NCBI GenBank assembly: GCA_037917675.1
Contig: JAVCBW010000016.1
Location: forward strand, 986 to 64,985
From: Thermoproteota archaeon
GTDB taxonomy: Archaea; Korarchaeota; Korarchaeia; B14-G2
DNA length: 64,000 nucleotides
Reading direction: 5' to 3'
In this document: one piece after another, positions 46,702 to 57,044 of the stretch
Position numbering within the stretch: position 1 is the stretch's first letter
Layout: every line of letters starts with the position of its first letter
The notes under the pieces: generated by a model
What the model was told of the DNA's origin: nothing
Seen by the model: the letters and a program-made list of their open reading frames with translations, nothing else
Database searches by the model: none
Translations under genes and position numbers: made by a program

Positions 46702-48549
46702 TTGAAGATGAGAGAGATTTCGTCGCTTGAGCTGGCTAGAATCATAGAAGAAATTAGAGAGAACGTCATAGGAGCTAGAGTAGGGAAAATATATCATATA
46801 GATGAGAAGCTACTAAGCATTGTGCTCAGCAGTAGAGAGCATGGAAGAAAGGAGATGCTAATATGGGCTGGTGTAGCTGTGTTCATAACTAATTCAAAAT
46901 GGACTAAGCCACGGATCCCAAGCAGCTTCGCAATGCTTTTGAGAAAGCATCTAGAGGGAGGAATTATAGAAGAAATAAAGCAAGAAGACTTCGACAGAGT
47001 ACTCACTCTCAGAATTAGGTGTGGAGGGAGGTACTATAGGCTTATAGCCTTTCTACACAGCAAAGGCAACATAATACTAGCTGACGACGAATACAGGGTC
47101 ATCTCGGCTATTAGCTGGAGTATAGCAGGGAAGCAGCTGCATAGGGGAGATAAGCTGGAGTTTGGAAGGTACCACAACCCGCTAGGTGGGCTAAGCGCAG
47201 ATGAGCTAGGTAAGCTATCTGAGTTAGAGGTATGGAGAATACTTGCAGTAGAGCTTGGGCTCGGTACAATCTACGCCAGGAAGCTAGCTGAAAGACTTGG
47301 ACTCGATATGGAGCTTAAGCTTAGCGAGCAGGAGGCTTCATATGATAAGCTAGCTAAAGCTATCGTAGATTATGTGAGGCTTATCTATAAGGCTCCGGCG
47401 CGAGTTGTTTACCGTGATAACTTTCTAGATGGATATCTGCTTGATCTAGATGGAGAGGAGAAGCTGCTTAATGACGTACTAGACGAATACTATACAAGCA
47501 TATACAGTCGCCTTACTAGAGGAGATGGAAGCTTAGACAAAAAAACTAGAAAGAAGCTTAGATCCCTTGAGAAGAGAGCTGAGAAGCTTAAGCAGATGGC
47601 TGAAAAGTATAGGCTTCAAGCTGATGTTGTTTACTCGCAGCTTCATGCCGTGAATGAAGTACTTAGAGCAGTTAGGGAGGGGAGAGCTCCTCCTGAAGAA
47701 GAAGTTAAGGTACTTTCTGTCGATAGGAAAGGACATAGAGTCGCTGTAGAGGTTTGTGGCCATGCTGTGACACTAGACTTCTTGCAGTCAGCAACTGAAA
47801 ACGCAAACATGCTCTATGAGAAGGCCAAGAGCGCCGAGAAAAAAATGAAGGAAACCATGGAGCTTATGAGGAGAGTAAAGGAGGCTGCATCCATTGCTGA
47901 GGAGGAGGCCGCTGAAAGCGTTATGAAAAGAAGGTGGTTTGAAAAGTTTAGGTGGTTCATCTCCTCAGAAGGCATCTTGGTTGCTGCTGGTAAAGATGTT
48001 AAGAGTAATAGAGAGCTTGTGAAGAAGTATATGGCTCCTGAGAACCTGTTCTTCCACTCTGAGCTTGGTGGGGCCTGTGTTGTAGCTTTCTGCAGCCATG
48101 GAGATAGTGTCAAAAAGACCATTATAGAGGCAGCAGAGTATGCTGCCTCGCTCTCAAAGGCTTGGGAGCAAGGGCTGTCCTCAGCTGAGGTATATTATGT
48201 GTGGGGTAGTCAGGTTAAAACTGCAGCTCCTCCAGGGCACTACATACCAAAAGGCAGCTTCTACATTGAAGGCAGCAGAAAATACCTTAAGGCACAGCTT
48301 AAGCTAGCGCTAGGAGTCATGCTCACTGACAGTGGCGCTAAGCTTGTTTTAGGTCCAGTATCAGCAATAGAAAGCAGCTGCAAGTGGTATGTTGTCATAA
48401 AGCCTGGATCATGGAGTAAGGAGAAATTAATAAGGAAAGTTAGGGACACGCTTTTAAAGAAGGCTGGAACAGGCTTAAGCATAGTACTGAAGCTGGATGA
48501 GCTGGCATCTGTACTCCCAGCAAGTGGTGAGCTAATTGAGGAGGAGTAG
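46702..48549 (+). CDS. NFACT-family protein (archaeal Rqc2/RqcH homolog, FbpA-like). It is predicted to act in ribosome quality control.
   Basis: 615 aa. The N-terminal NFACT-N region, central coiled coil (KKTRKKLRSLEKRAEKLKQMAEKYR) and C-terminal NFACT-R/DUF814-like region (WFEKFRWFISSEGILVAAGKDVKSN) match COG1293 architecture. Confidence 0.75.
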   Translation: MKMREISSLELARIIEEIRENVIGARVGKIYHIDEKLLSIVLSSREHGRKEMLIWAGVAVFITNSKWTKPRIPSSFAMLLRKHLEGGIIEEIKQEDFDRVLTLRIRCGGRYYRLIAFLHSKGNIILADDEYRVISAISWSIAGKQLHRGDKLEFGRYHNPLGGLSADELGKLSELEVWRILAVELGLGTIYARKLAERLGLDMELKLSEQEASYDKLAKAIVDYVRLIYKAPARVVYRDNFLDGYLLDLDGEEKLLNDVLDEYYTSIYSRLTRGDGSLDKKTRKKLRSLEKRAEKLKQMAEKYRLQADVVYSQLHAVNEVLRAVREGRAPPEEEVKVLSVDRKGHRVAVEVCGHAVTLDFLQSATENANMLYEKAKSAEKKMKETMELMRRVKEAASIAEEEAAESVMKRRWFEKFRWFISSEGILVAAGKDVKSNRELVKKYMAPENLFFHSELGGACVVAFCSHGDSVKKTIIEAAEYAASLSKAWEQGLSSAEVYYVWGSQVKTAAPPGHYIPKGSFYIEGSRKYLKAQLKLALGVMLTDSGAKLVLGPVSAIESSCKWYVVIKPGSWSKEKLIRKVRDTLLKKAGTGLSIVLKLDELASVLPASGELIEEE

Positions 48550-49123
48550 AGAAAGTGAAGAGATGCCTGTCTATGAAGTTATGAGCAGCCCAGTCATCAC
48601 GATAAGCAAGAGAGCTACCGCAGCTGAGGCAGCTAGGCTGCTAAAGAAGCACGGGATAGGATCGCTTGTAGTGGTCGATGAGAAAGGAGTTGCTGGGATA
48701 GTTACAGAGAGAGACCTTGTTGAAAGAGTTGTAGCAGAAGATAGGAGGCCTTCTGAAGTAGCTGTAGAGGAGATCATGACAAGGGAGCCAGTGACTATAT
48801 TGTCTAAACAGACTCTAATCGAAGCTATGGAGCTCATGAGGAAGCATGGGATAAAAAGGCTCGTAGTTCTCTCAGACAGCGGTGAGCTTGCTGGCGTAAT
48901 AACACAGACTGACATAATGAGGGTAGCACCAAGCATGATAAGTGGACTTATGATGATGATCAGAGAGCTTGAGGAGGAAGAGGCCGTCGTCCCGGAGAAG
49001 GTATATGTCAGTGGAGAGTGCGCCAGATGCGGAGTATACTCAGACAAGCTTACCTTGGTTAATGGAGTGTATCTTTGTGAAGAATGTGCTGCCGAGGTGG
49101 CATCTGGTGAAGTTAGAGATTGA
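48536..49123 (+). CDS. CBS-domain pair protein with a C-terminal zinc ribbon.
   Basis: 195 aa. Two CBS repeats (VMSSPVITIS...GIVTERDL and IMTREPVTIL...GVITQTDI) plus CARCG...CEEC. The start may be the internal Met at 48563. Confidence 0.75.
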   Translation: MRRSRESEEMPVYEVMSSPVITISKRATAAEAARLLKKHGIGSLVVVDEKGVAGIVTERDLVERVVAEDRRPSEVAVEEIMTREPVTILSKQTLIEAMELMRKHGIKRLVVLSDSGELAGVITQTDIMRVAPSMISGLMMMIRELEEEEAVVPEKVYVSGECARCGVYSDKLTLVNGVYLCEECAAEVASGEVRD

Positions 49124-49571
49124 TATATGCTACACCATATTTCTTGACAGAGTTTGAACTGGAAATGGATCGTGCCCTCATCAGCTTCTTCATGATAGAA
49201 GGATAGTGGCTGCCAATCCAGTACTCCTTGCCGCAGCCAGGGCAGTTCCAGCGGTTTCTAAGCCTTCTAAGCACCGTATTGCAAATTGGACACCTCGTGC
49301 CATCTAGGGGGAAATCAAGCGGGATCTTGAGAGTATAGGTGAGGAATGCTAGCGCCTCCTCTATAACATGCGTCTTTAGTAAAACTGCAGGAATGCCTAG
49401 CTTAATAGCCTGCTTAAATAGCTCCCTATCCATAGTTATCAATATGGATTGGTGGAAGATAGAGTGCCTTAGAATCTCCCTGTCCTCCTCATCTAGGACA
49501 GTAGTCGATACCCCTAGCATCCTCAGCCACCTGGCAACATGAGCTAGCATAGCATCTACAATTATCTCCAT
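49113..49571 (-). CDS. Mut7-C / PIN-like RNase domain protein with a zinc ribbon.
   Basis: 152 aa. IIVDAMLAHVARWLRMLG...ILITMDRELF are Mut7-C (DUF82) hallmarks. CPICN...CPGCG Zn ribbon. Confidence 0.7.
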   Translation of the reverse strand: MEIIVDAMLAHVARWLRMLGVSTTVLDEEDREILRHSIFHQSILITMDRELFKQAIKLGIPAVLLKTHVIEEALAFLTYTLKIPLDFPLDGTRCPICNTVLRRLRNRWNCPGCGKEYWIGSHYPSIMKKLMRARSISSSNSVKKYGVAYINL

Positions 49572-51547
49572 TAGCCAGGCACCTTGAAAATGTAGACTTG
49601 GTGTATTCCAGTAGCCTCCTTGGGATAGACTAGCTCTAGGTAGTCTAGGCTACCTAGGCCTCTCCATGCCTCGAGGCCTAGCTTAAATATCGTCGTATTG
49701 AAGCCCTTCTCAGTTGGAAGCACCCTACGCAGACCTGTGTCAAACTGTATGAAATCTCTATAGTCCTTGAGCGCAATATGGCACATAGCATGCCACTTCC
49801 CCACAGGGTATACGCTACCCATGAAGTAGATGCCAAACATGTTTGTCCCCCCAGTCTGCCAGTCTGTGAGCTCAGCTGCAAAGTCTAGGAGGACATAAGA
49901 GACATTAAACCTCATGCAGAGATCTAACATCTCCTCTTCTGTCCCCATGTATGCTTTAGCGATCTCTCTTATCTGAGTACTGTTAAGGGTATTTCCATCG
50001 GCACAAGTCACACGTGTAGCACCATAGTCTATCCAGTAGCCATAATCCCACCATGATAAGATCACATCGTATTTCGTCGTGTTTTCTCTTATCCAGCTTA
50101 GAGCATCATCCCAGTCCGAGGTGAAGCCTAGGGAGTACCTTGGTGCAACCACAGCAGTCCTGTAGAGTGGAGGTACTGCTAAGAGAACAGTTACTGTGAT
50201 TAGCATTATAGGAAATGTGAGTGGAGTGAGGTCTACCTTGATTTTCCTCTTCTTCCTTTTCAATCTGGCTCTGTATGCGGCAATTATCCTCCTATGAGCA
50301 TCCGATGCTCTTTCTAGACACCATCGCATTATGTAGGCTGATACTATAGCTACAAACACAGCAGTCAGAGGGCTGAGACGCACTAGTGATGCTCCGAAGT
50401 ATATGGATGCTAGTGAGAGCAGAAAGAGGAAGATAGCTTCCCTGCTCTTCTCTTTGATTATGTCTTCAGTGAAAAGTATTGTCATACCTAGTGCAGCTAG
50501 CACAAGCGTTGTCGAGAAGTCTCTGATTAGCATCCCAGGTGCATGCTCTGCTACGGTAGCTGTAACCGATCCTGGAGGAAGCTTTGCAAACGGATTCACT
50601 GTCCTTATCATCCTTATGGTAGTCTTAGATGCCAACCCTGTGGCTACGGTGGCAATTACAGGTAGGGGGAGGGTAGCTAGCGACATCAGCCTCCACATGA
50701 TCCTCTTCAGCAGCGACATTTGGGAAGAAATCCTCTTAGACAGCAGGTGATATACTATTGCAACCACCATTGTACCCCATGCAAACAGGGCTTCAGGTCC
50801 TGTTACAAACCGTACAGCTGAAAGGTGTGGAATCCATATCGAAGCTAGAAGACATGCTAGTGGAGGATATAATAGGGAGAATGCTGTCTTCCAGTCAGCA
50901 GCTCCTAAGATCATTAGTGTTAGATATACTAGCGGATAGCCGTCTAGTATGAACCTGAAGCCTGCCCATAGCCCAGCGAAGTATACCAGTAGTAAAGCTG
51001 ATATGACTGAATATAGTATGGTTTTGTATCCTTCCTTAGCCCTTAGCGCCTTTATCGTAAAGTATACTGTAAAGCATAGAACTGGTAGAGCCATGTGCTC
51101 ATGCCTATACCATCCTGCTGCAGTCCTCTGAAAGTGCCCAAAGGACGTGGCGAGCATGTAAGCTGAGAAGGCAGCTGGAGCTCTTCCAACAAGCTCTCTT
51201 ACAATCAAGTATACTCCGATCACGCAGGTGGATCCCAGCACTGGTGGCAGAGCCGATGCAAACATAGATAACGGGAGCCCCTTGAAGAAGAGCTTAGCTA
51301 CCTGATATAGAGCTGCCCCAGTATAATAGTGGAATACAGGGAGGACAGAGGAAGGCTTATAGCTCCAGGGGTGCCATGCAAGTGGATATACCTCTGGAAG
51401 CCTGCCATCCTCTAGCAGAAGCTTAGTTAGCTTATAGTGAAGTAGGGGATCGTCTGTTGTGAACTTAAAGCCAAACTTGAGTGCTGGGATGAGCCTTAGA
51501 TAAACTGCTATAGCATACGCAGCAGCTATAGCAGCGATCTCAAGCAT
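49571..51547 (-). CDS. aglB: Oligosaccharyltransferase AglB (STT3 homolog).
   Basis: WWDYGYWI catalytic motif, multi-TM N-terminal domain and soluble C-terminal domain. The ORF track extends to 51694. Met50 (51547) sits just before the first TM helix and avoids overlap with the divergent PHP gene. Confidence 0.9.
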   Translation of the reverse strand: MLEIAAIAAAYAIAVYLRLIPALKFGFKFTTDDPLLHYKLTKLLLEDGRLPEVYPLAWHPWSYKPSSVLPVFHYYTGAALYQVAKLFFKGLPLSMFASALPPVLGSTCVIGVYLIVRELVGRAPAAFSAYMLATSFGHFQRTAAGWYRHEHMALPVLCFTVYFTIKALRAKEGYKTILYSVISALLLVYFAGLWAGFRFILDGYPLVYLTLMILGAADWKTAFSLLYPPLACLLASIWIPHLSAVRFVTGPEALFAWGTMVVAIVYHLLSKRISSQMSLLKRIMWRLMSLATLPLPVIATVATGLASKTTIRMIRTVNPFAKLPPGSVTATVAEHAPGMLIRDFSTTLVLAALGMTILFTEDIIKEKSREAIFLFLLSLASIYFGASLVRLSPLTAVFVAIVSAYIMRWCLERASDAHRRIIAAYRARLKRKKRKIKVDLTPLTFPIMLITVTVLLAVPPLYRTAVVAPRYSLGFTSDWDDALSWIRENTTKYDVILSWWDYGYWIDYGATRVTCADGNTLNSTQIREIAKAYMGTEEEMLDLCMRFNVSYVLLDFAAELTDWQTGGTNMFGIYFMGSVYPVGKWHAMCHIALKDYRDFIQFDTGLRRVLPTEKGFNTTIFKLGLEAWRGLGSLDYLELVYPKEATGIHQVYIFKVPG

Positions 51548-51676
51548 TACCTGAAGCCTTTTGGAACCTAGCTTCTCTGAGATAGTTATATAGAGAGGCA
51601 TGCAAGGACCCAGAAGGCATCCAGTAAATAGCTTAATTACTTTTTGGTGGCTAGTATGAGCAAGGAAGTCTCCATA

Positions 51677-52294
51677 ATGGACTTGCATGTCCATACGATC
51701 TACTCTAGAGATTCTATGATCCTACCTCAACTAGTTGCTTCATATGCACAAGTAGTTGCCTCTCTTGATGGAATAGCGATAACAGATCACAACACACTTG
51801 AAGGGTGGAGAAGAGTGGCGCAATATTTGAGGAATAGAGAGCTCCTTCTCATACCCGGTATCGAGCTTGAGTGTAGAGAGGGAGAGCTCCTCTTATATGG
51901 AGTAGAGGAGATGCCAGTATGCTCTAGCATAGCTGACGCAGTAGACTATACCCGGGAGGCAGGAGGCATCGTTGTTGCACCTCACCCGTTCGACAGACGC
52001 AGAAAGGGTATTGCTGACCTTGTATATGCTCTTGTGCCTGATGGCATTGAGGTAATCAATGCTAGGAGCTCAAAGAAAGCTAATCTCATGGCTGCAACAG
52101 CTGCTAGGTCTCTGAGAGTAGCTAGACTTGGGTCAAGTGATGCACATACTCCTATAGAGATAGGGAGAGCTGTCACAGTGTTCAGAAGGAAAATAGGCAG
52201 CATAGATGAGTTCATTAGAGACGTAATGTCAAGGAGCACTATGGCAGCATGGGGGTGCGTTGTCTTTGGAGCGAGAAGGATTAGAGCACGTTAG
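51677..52294 (+). CDS. PHP-family metal-dependent phosphoesterase.
   Basis: MDLHVHTIYSRDS N-terminal His motif, ITDHNT and SDAHT motifs. The likely start is the internal Met at 51677 within the 51644 ORF. Confidence 0.75.
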   Translation: MDLHVHTIYSRDSMILPQLVASYAQVVASLDGIAITDHNTLEGWRRVAQYLRNRELLLIPGIELECREGELLLYGVEEMPVCSSIADAVDYTREAGGIVVAPHPFDRRRKGIADLVYALVPDGIEVINARSSKKANLMAATAARSLRVARLGSSDAHTPIEIGRAVTVFRRKIGSIDEFIRDVMSRSTMAAWGCVVFGARRIRAR

Positions 52295-53633
52295 CATTGT
52301 AGGCATACTTGTCATGGTAGTGGCCTATGTTATGGTTCGCTTAGAGATGTGTTTTGGATGGGATGAAGCCATGTATGGGTGTATTGTTAGAAGCTTATCG
52401 AACTCACTATGGAACTTTACAGTATGTGGAGTACCGGCTTTGCATAAGCCACCAGCATATCCATATGTGAGCTTGGTAGCTAGTAAGGTTCTTGGCATAG
52501 CTTGGGGGCTTAGGGCTGTAGCTTCAGTTTCAGGAATCTTAGCTGCAATAATGTCATACAGGATCTGTCTGGAGATCTACAGCGACCGCAAAGTAGGGCT
52601 GCTATGTGGCTTCCTTGTAAGCACTAACCCTCTGATGTGGTACTTTAGCACAAGGTGCCTATCAGATAGTATGGGTGTGTTGACATTCACATCAGCTGTC
52701 CTTCTATTAATTAGAGCAGCTAAAAGCATGAGGATGCTGGACCTACTCATGCTAGGATCTGCCCTTGGAGCAGCTACTGAGGCTAGATATACAAATGCTA
52801 TAGCAGCTGTACTACTAGCGGCCTCTTTCCTGGTATATAAGGTAGGTGTTAGGAGGCTCTATAAGGCAGTAGCAGGCATATCTGCTGGAGCCTTAGCCAC
52901 CATAACCCCCTTTCTAGCGCTCAATTTCAAGCTCTATAGACACCCTGTTAAGGGACCTTACTTTGCATCAAGACTGATAAGGCTTGATACTCCCGTTTCT
53001 CCTCTAGAGGCATGTATATGGCTTATCATGTACATGAATCTGCTTCTCCCCCTGATGCTATACAGGTTAGTGAAGGAGAAGCCTAGCAGAGATGAAGCGC
53101 TACTCGCAATATGGATTCTCTTGGTAGTAGGTTCAGTTCTCTGCCTACCTCACAAGGAGGAGAGGTTCTTTATGCCAGCTGTTCCTCCTCTATCTGCTTT
53201 AGCCTCAAGGTGTATAGTTAAGTTGCGTAGTAGACGGGAGATAATCACAGCAGTGACGATGCTCAACATCATCGGGTTTAGTTGGCTTTATGCTAAGACA
53301 GCTAGCATGGGATGTGCTGAGAAAGAGGCTGGAGTTTATGTGGCTAACCATCCTAAGCCAGGGATTATAGTCTCTGAGCTTGTCCCTCAAATAGCTTTTT
53401 ACAGCAGAAAGCTAGTGGTCAGGTTTCCACCCTCCGCCAGTGAGTTCTATAGGGCAATTGTAGAGAGGAGTGTAGGATACGTAGTACTCTCAACAGGTAG
53501 AAATAGGTCACCAGAGTATGCTTGGAGGATGCTTGAACAAGGGATAATCAAGCAAGTTTTTGTAGCTGAGAGCAGAGGCATAAAGGTTGTAGTTGCGGAG
53601 CCCCCCTTTGAGGTGGCAGAGGATGGAGATTGA
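52260..53633 (+). CDS. GT-C fold membrane glycosyltransferase (GT39/GT83-like PMT/ArnT family).
   Basis: 457 aa. Polytopic N-terminal region with a DE-containing first loop (GWDEAMYG) and a C-terminal soluble domain. Neighbours aglB. Confidence 0.6.
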   Translation: MSLEREGLEHVSIVGILVMVVAYVMVRLEMCFGWDEAMYGCIVRSLSNSLWNFTVCGVPALHKPPAYPYVSLVASKVLGIAWGLRAVASVSGILAAIMSYRICLEIYSDRKVGLLCGFLVSTNPLMWYFSTRCLSDSMGVLTFTSAVLLLIRAAKSMRMLDLLMLGSALGAATEARYTNAIAAVLLAASFLVYKVGVRRLYKAVAGISAGALATITPFLALNFKLYRHPVKGPYFASRLIRLDTPVSPLEACIWLIMYMNLLLPLMLYRLVKEKPSRDEALLAIWILLVVGSVLCLPHKEERFFMPAVPPLSALASRCIVKLRSRREIITAVTMLNIIGFSWLYAKTASMGCAEKEAGVYVANHPKPGIIVSELVPQIAFYSRKLVVRFPPSASEFYRAIVERSVGYVVLSTGRNRSPEYAWRMLEQGIIKQVFVAESRGIKVVVAEPPFEVAEDGD

Positions 53634-54744
53634 GAGGTATTTTATGGAGAGAGGCGAGCTGGAGGCTGCTGAGTACCGTAAGCTTCTTAATGAAGCTAAG
53701 AAGAGGTTAAAAAGCCTAGATAAGCTCAGGTACTTTTCCTTCATGATGCTAAAGCCTGACGCCGTAGCTAGAGGCCTCGTAAGCGAGATATTACAGGAGT
53801 TTCAGCGTAGAGGCATATATCCAGTGAAGGGGAAGGTTATCAAGCTGGAGAGCAGAGAGATAGATGAGCTATACAAGTTTGTTAAAATAAGGTATGCAGA
53901 TAGCTGGTGGGTGATGCCTAAGGTCTTCAGGCTCGCCCCCTGTGTCCCATGCATCGTAGCAGGAGATCCAGGAGAACATGATACCCTGTCTCATAGGATA
54001 AGGGCTGAGATAGGGCCTACGACACCTGCAGCAGGTACGTCTAACCACATGAGGTACATGTTTAAGGGTGGGAATAGAGTCTTTAACCTGATCCATGCAG
54101 GAGATGATCCAGCTGCAAGCTTGAGAGAGGCGCTGGTGTTCTTCACATGGGAAGAGTTAGCTGAAGTCCTTGATATGCTGGACCCAAGTTATCTGAGCGA
54201 AGACATCTTATGGAAAGCCCCAGAGGAGATCGTTAAGTACAAGTGTAGTGATGACATAGAGCTTGTCAGTATCCTGACTCGAGTTAAAGAGAGAGCGCTT
54301 GAGGTGATAGAGAGATGCGTCGGCGAGAGGGTAGAGGAGATCAGGAGGCTACTCAGTGAGGAAAGAGGCTGTAAATCTAGCGAAATAGATGACATCAGGG
54401 CTAAGCTGAGGGAGATATGGCCTAGGGAGAGGGAAGCTCTGATTAAGGTAGCTCATGTAGTCGAGGAGATGGCTAGAGGCATACTCAGGAAAGCTGAGGA
54501 CATAGAAGCGAGGAAAAACAAGATAAAGCAGGTGATCGATGCCCTTGATGCGATAGAGGTCTTTAAGAGGCTTCTAAGTGAGAGGAGCATGGTAGAGGAT
54601 GCATTCGAGATCATATTAGCCAGGGCCATAGAGCTTGGACTTGTAAGGACAGACTGGGAGGAGGCTTTTCTCCATACTTACTGGGCTACAGGCATGCAGA
54701 TGCTCAAGGACCTCATGGAGAAAAAGGGAGAGGAAGCCATTTAG
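53623..54744 (+). CDS. Nucleoside-diphosphate-kinase-fold protein with a long C-terminal helical extension.
   Basis: The N-terminal ~140 aa align with NDK: FSFMMLKPDAVARGLVSEILQEFQRRG ~ [25 protein letters not shown], and the catalytic-His block NLIHAGDDP ~ NIIHGSD. A C-terminal extension of about 240 aa rich in E/R/K is not NDK-like. Confidence 0.55.
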   Translation: MEIERYFMERGELEAAEYRKLLNEAKKRLKSLDKLRYFSFMMLKPDAVARGLVSEILQEFQRRGIYPVKGKVIKLESREIDELYKFVKIRYADSWWVMPKVFRLAPCVPCIVAGDPGEHDTLSHRIRAEIGPTTPAAGTSNHMRYMFKGGNRVFNLIHAGDDPAASLREALVFFTWEELAEVLDMLDPSYLSEDILWKAPEEIVKYKCSDDIELVSILTRVKERALEVIERCVGERVEEIRRLLSEERGCKSSEIDDIRAKLREIWPREREALIKVAHVVEEMARGILRKAEDIEARKNKIKQVIDALDAIEVFKRLLSERSMVEDAFEIILARAIELGLVRTDWEEAFLHTYWATGMQMLKDLMEKKGEEAI

Positions 54745-54803
54745 GGCATCAATGCTTAAAAGGGAAGCCGTCAGTCTAGAACTAGAGACGACTAGGTGGG
54801 CAG

Positions 54804-56999
54804 ATGAGCTCGGCTACTAGGAGACTTATATTAAGGGTTGAAGATATAAGGAGGCAGGAAGACTTTGGCCGCGGGATAGCTAGGATAGATCCGCTAGCCA
54901 TGCGTAAGCTAGCACTTAGAGCAGGTGACTTCGCTAGGATCAGGGGAGAGAAAATATCTCATGTGAAGGTTTTGCCCTCTACACCAGATGATAACGGCAG
55001 GCTTGTGATAAGGCTAGACAAGTTCATTAGGAGAAACATAGGGGCCTCACTGGGGTCTAAGGTTGAGGTCGAGAAGGCTATAGTGAGAGAGGCTACTAGG
55101 GTTATTCTAGCTGCTAGAGAGCCTATACCTAACAGAGCAGACTTCGCAAGGTGGGTGAAGAGGAGGCTACTAGATCAGGCTGTCACCAGGGGAGACATCA
55201 TATATATACCGACCTTAACAAACTTTATACCGTTTGCTGTCACTGTGGTCAAGCCAGATGGCGTAGGTAAGGTCACAGAGAGGACTGTAGTTGAGATAAG
55301 CGAGAGACTAGCTGCAGCAGGAGAGATAGCAGTCCCCTCAGTGACATATGAGGACATTGGTGGCCTTAAGGAGGAAATAGAGAGGATAAGAGAGATGGTA
55401 GAGCTGCCTTTAAAGCACCCTGAGCTCTTCAGGAGAGTAGGAATAGATCCACCGAAGGGAGTTCTCCTATATGGGCCACCAGGATGCGGTAAGACTTTGA
55501 TAGCTAAAGCTGTAGCAAATGAGAGTGGAGCACACTTCATATCGATACAGGGACCAGAGATAATGAGCAAGTTCTATGGTGAATCAGAGAAGAGGTTAAG
55601 AGAGATATTCGAGGAGGCCCAGAGAAATGCTCCATCGATAATATTCATAGATGAAATAGATTCGATAGCTCCAAAAAGAGAAGAAGTTACTGGAGAAGTC
55701 GAGAGGAGGGTTGTGGCTCAGCTACTTAGCCTAATGGACGGGCTTCAGGGGCGTGGAGAAGTTATAGTCATAGGAGCGACAAACAGGCCAGACGCCCTTG
55801 ACCCTGCACTTAGAAGGCCAGGAAGATTTGATAGAGAGATAGAGATAGGTGTCCCAACTGTTGAGGGGAGAAAGGAGATACTTCAAATACACACCAGAAA
55901 TATGCCACTTGCCAAGGATGTAGATTTAGATGAGCTAGCTAGGATAACCCATGGATTTGTTGGAGCTGATCTAGCAGCTTTATGCAGAGAAGCAGCTATG
56001 GCAGCTCTTAGAAGGTATCTTCCAGAAATAGACCTAGACCAGGAGATGATTCCAACAGAAGTCCTAGAGAAGATAGAGGTCCAGATGAGAGACTTCAGAG
56101 AAGCCCTTAAGGTCGTGCAGCCCTCAGCACTCAGGGAGGTAAGGCTTGAAGTGCCTGATGTCAGGTGGGATGACATAGGTGGGCTTGAGGAAGTAAAAAG
56201 GGAGCTGATCGAGGTTGTAGAGTGGCCGCTTAAGTACCCAGAGAGCTTCTCCAGACTTGGGCTGACACCACCTAGAGGAGTTCTCCTATATGGGCCACCA
56301 GGATGCGGCAAGACACTGCTAGCTAAGGCAGTGGCCACAGAAAGCGAAGCTAACTTCATAGCAGTTAAGGGACCAGAGATAATGAGCAAGTGGGTCGGAG
56401 AGTCAGAGAAGGCTATTAGAGAGATATTCAGGAAAGCCAGGCAAGCTGCACCATGCATAATATTCATGGATGAGATAGATGCCATAGTTCCTATCAGAGG
56501 TATGGGTTATGGTGACTCAAGAGTAACAGAGAGAGTGATAAGCCAGCTTCTCACTGAAATGGATGGCATGCAGATGCTTAAGGACGTCGTGGTTATAGGA
56601 GCAACAAACAGGCCTGACATACTTGACCCAGCTGTGATGAGGCCAGGAAGACTTGAGAGACTCGTATACGTACCCCCACCAGACTATGGAGGTAGGCTTG
56701 AAATACTGAAAGTGCATACCCGCAGGATGCCTCTAGCAGAAGATGTGGATCTAGCTGATATAGCTAGGAGGACAGAGGGATATTCAGGTGCAGACCTTGA
56801 GGCAGTAGTCAGGGAAGCTGGGCTTCAAGCTCTGAGAGAAGATATAAACGCAGAGAAAGTGTATGGTAGACACTTTGAGAGGGCCCTGGAAAAGATAAAG
56901 CCAAGCTTGACAAAGGAATTGGTAAGATTCTATGAGAATATCGCGAAAAAGATCAAGAAGGCTGAGCTTAAGCCGACAGAAGTAGAGAGCTACATGTGA
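54804..56999 (+). CDS. cdc48: CDC48/VCP-like AAA+ ATPase with two AAA domains.
   Basis: 731 aa. Two Walker A motifs GPPGCGKT, two Walker B motifs (IIFIDEID and IIFMDEID), an SRH region and an N-terminal double-psi barrel domain. Confidence 0.95.
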   Translation: MSSATRRLILRVEDIRRQEDFGRGIARIDPLAMRKLALRAGDFARIRGEKISHVKVLPSTPDDNGRLVIRLDKFIRRNIGASLGSKVEVEKAIVREATRVILAAREPIPNRADFARWVKRRLLDQAVTRGDIIYIPTLTNFIPFAVTVVKPDGVGKVTERTVVEISERLAAAGEIAVPSVTYEDIGGLKEEIERIREMVELPLKHPELFRRVGIDPPKGVLLYGPPGCGKTLIAKAVANESGAHFISIQGPEIMSKFYGESEKRLREIFEEAQRNAPSIIFIDEIDSIAPKREEVTGEVERRVVAQLLSLMDGLQGRGEVIVIGATNRPDALDPALRRPGRFDREIEIGVPTVEGRKEILQIHTRNMPLAKDVDLDELARITHGFVGADLAALCREAAMAALRRYLPEIDLDQEMIPTEVLEKIEVQMRDFREALKVVQPSALREVRLEVPDVRWDDIGGLEEVKRELIEVVEWPLKYPESFSRLGLTPPRGVLLYGPPGCGKTLLAKAVATESEANFIAVKGPEIMSKWVGESEKAIREIFRKARQAAPCIIFMDEIDAIVPIRGMGYGDSRVTERVISQLLTEMDGMQMLKDVVVIGATNRPDILDPAVMRPGRLERLVYVPPPDYGGRLEILKVHTRRMPLAEDVDLADIARRTEGYSGADLEAVVREAGLQALREDINAEKVYGRHFERALEKIKPSLTKELVRFYENIAKKIKKAELKPTEVESYM

Positions 57000-57044
57000 C
57001 ATCCTATTAAACTTTTAAAGACCAGCAATTATAGAGTGATGGGC

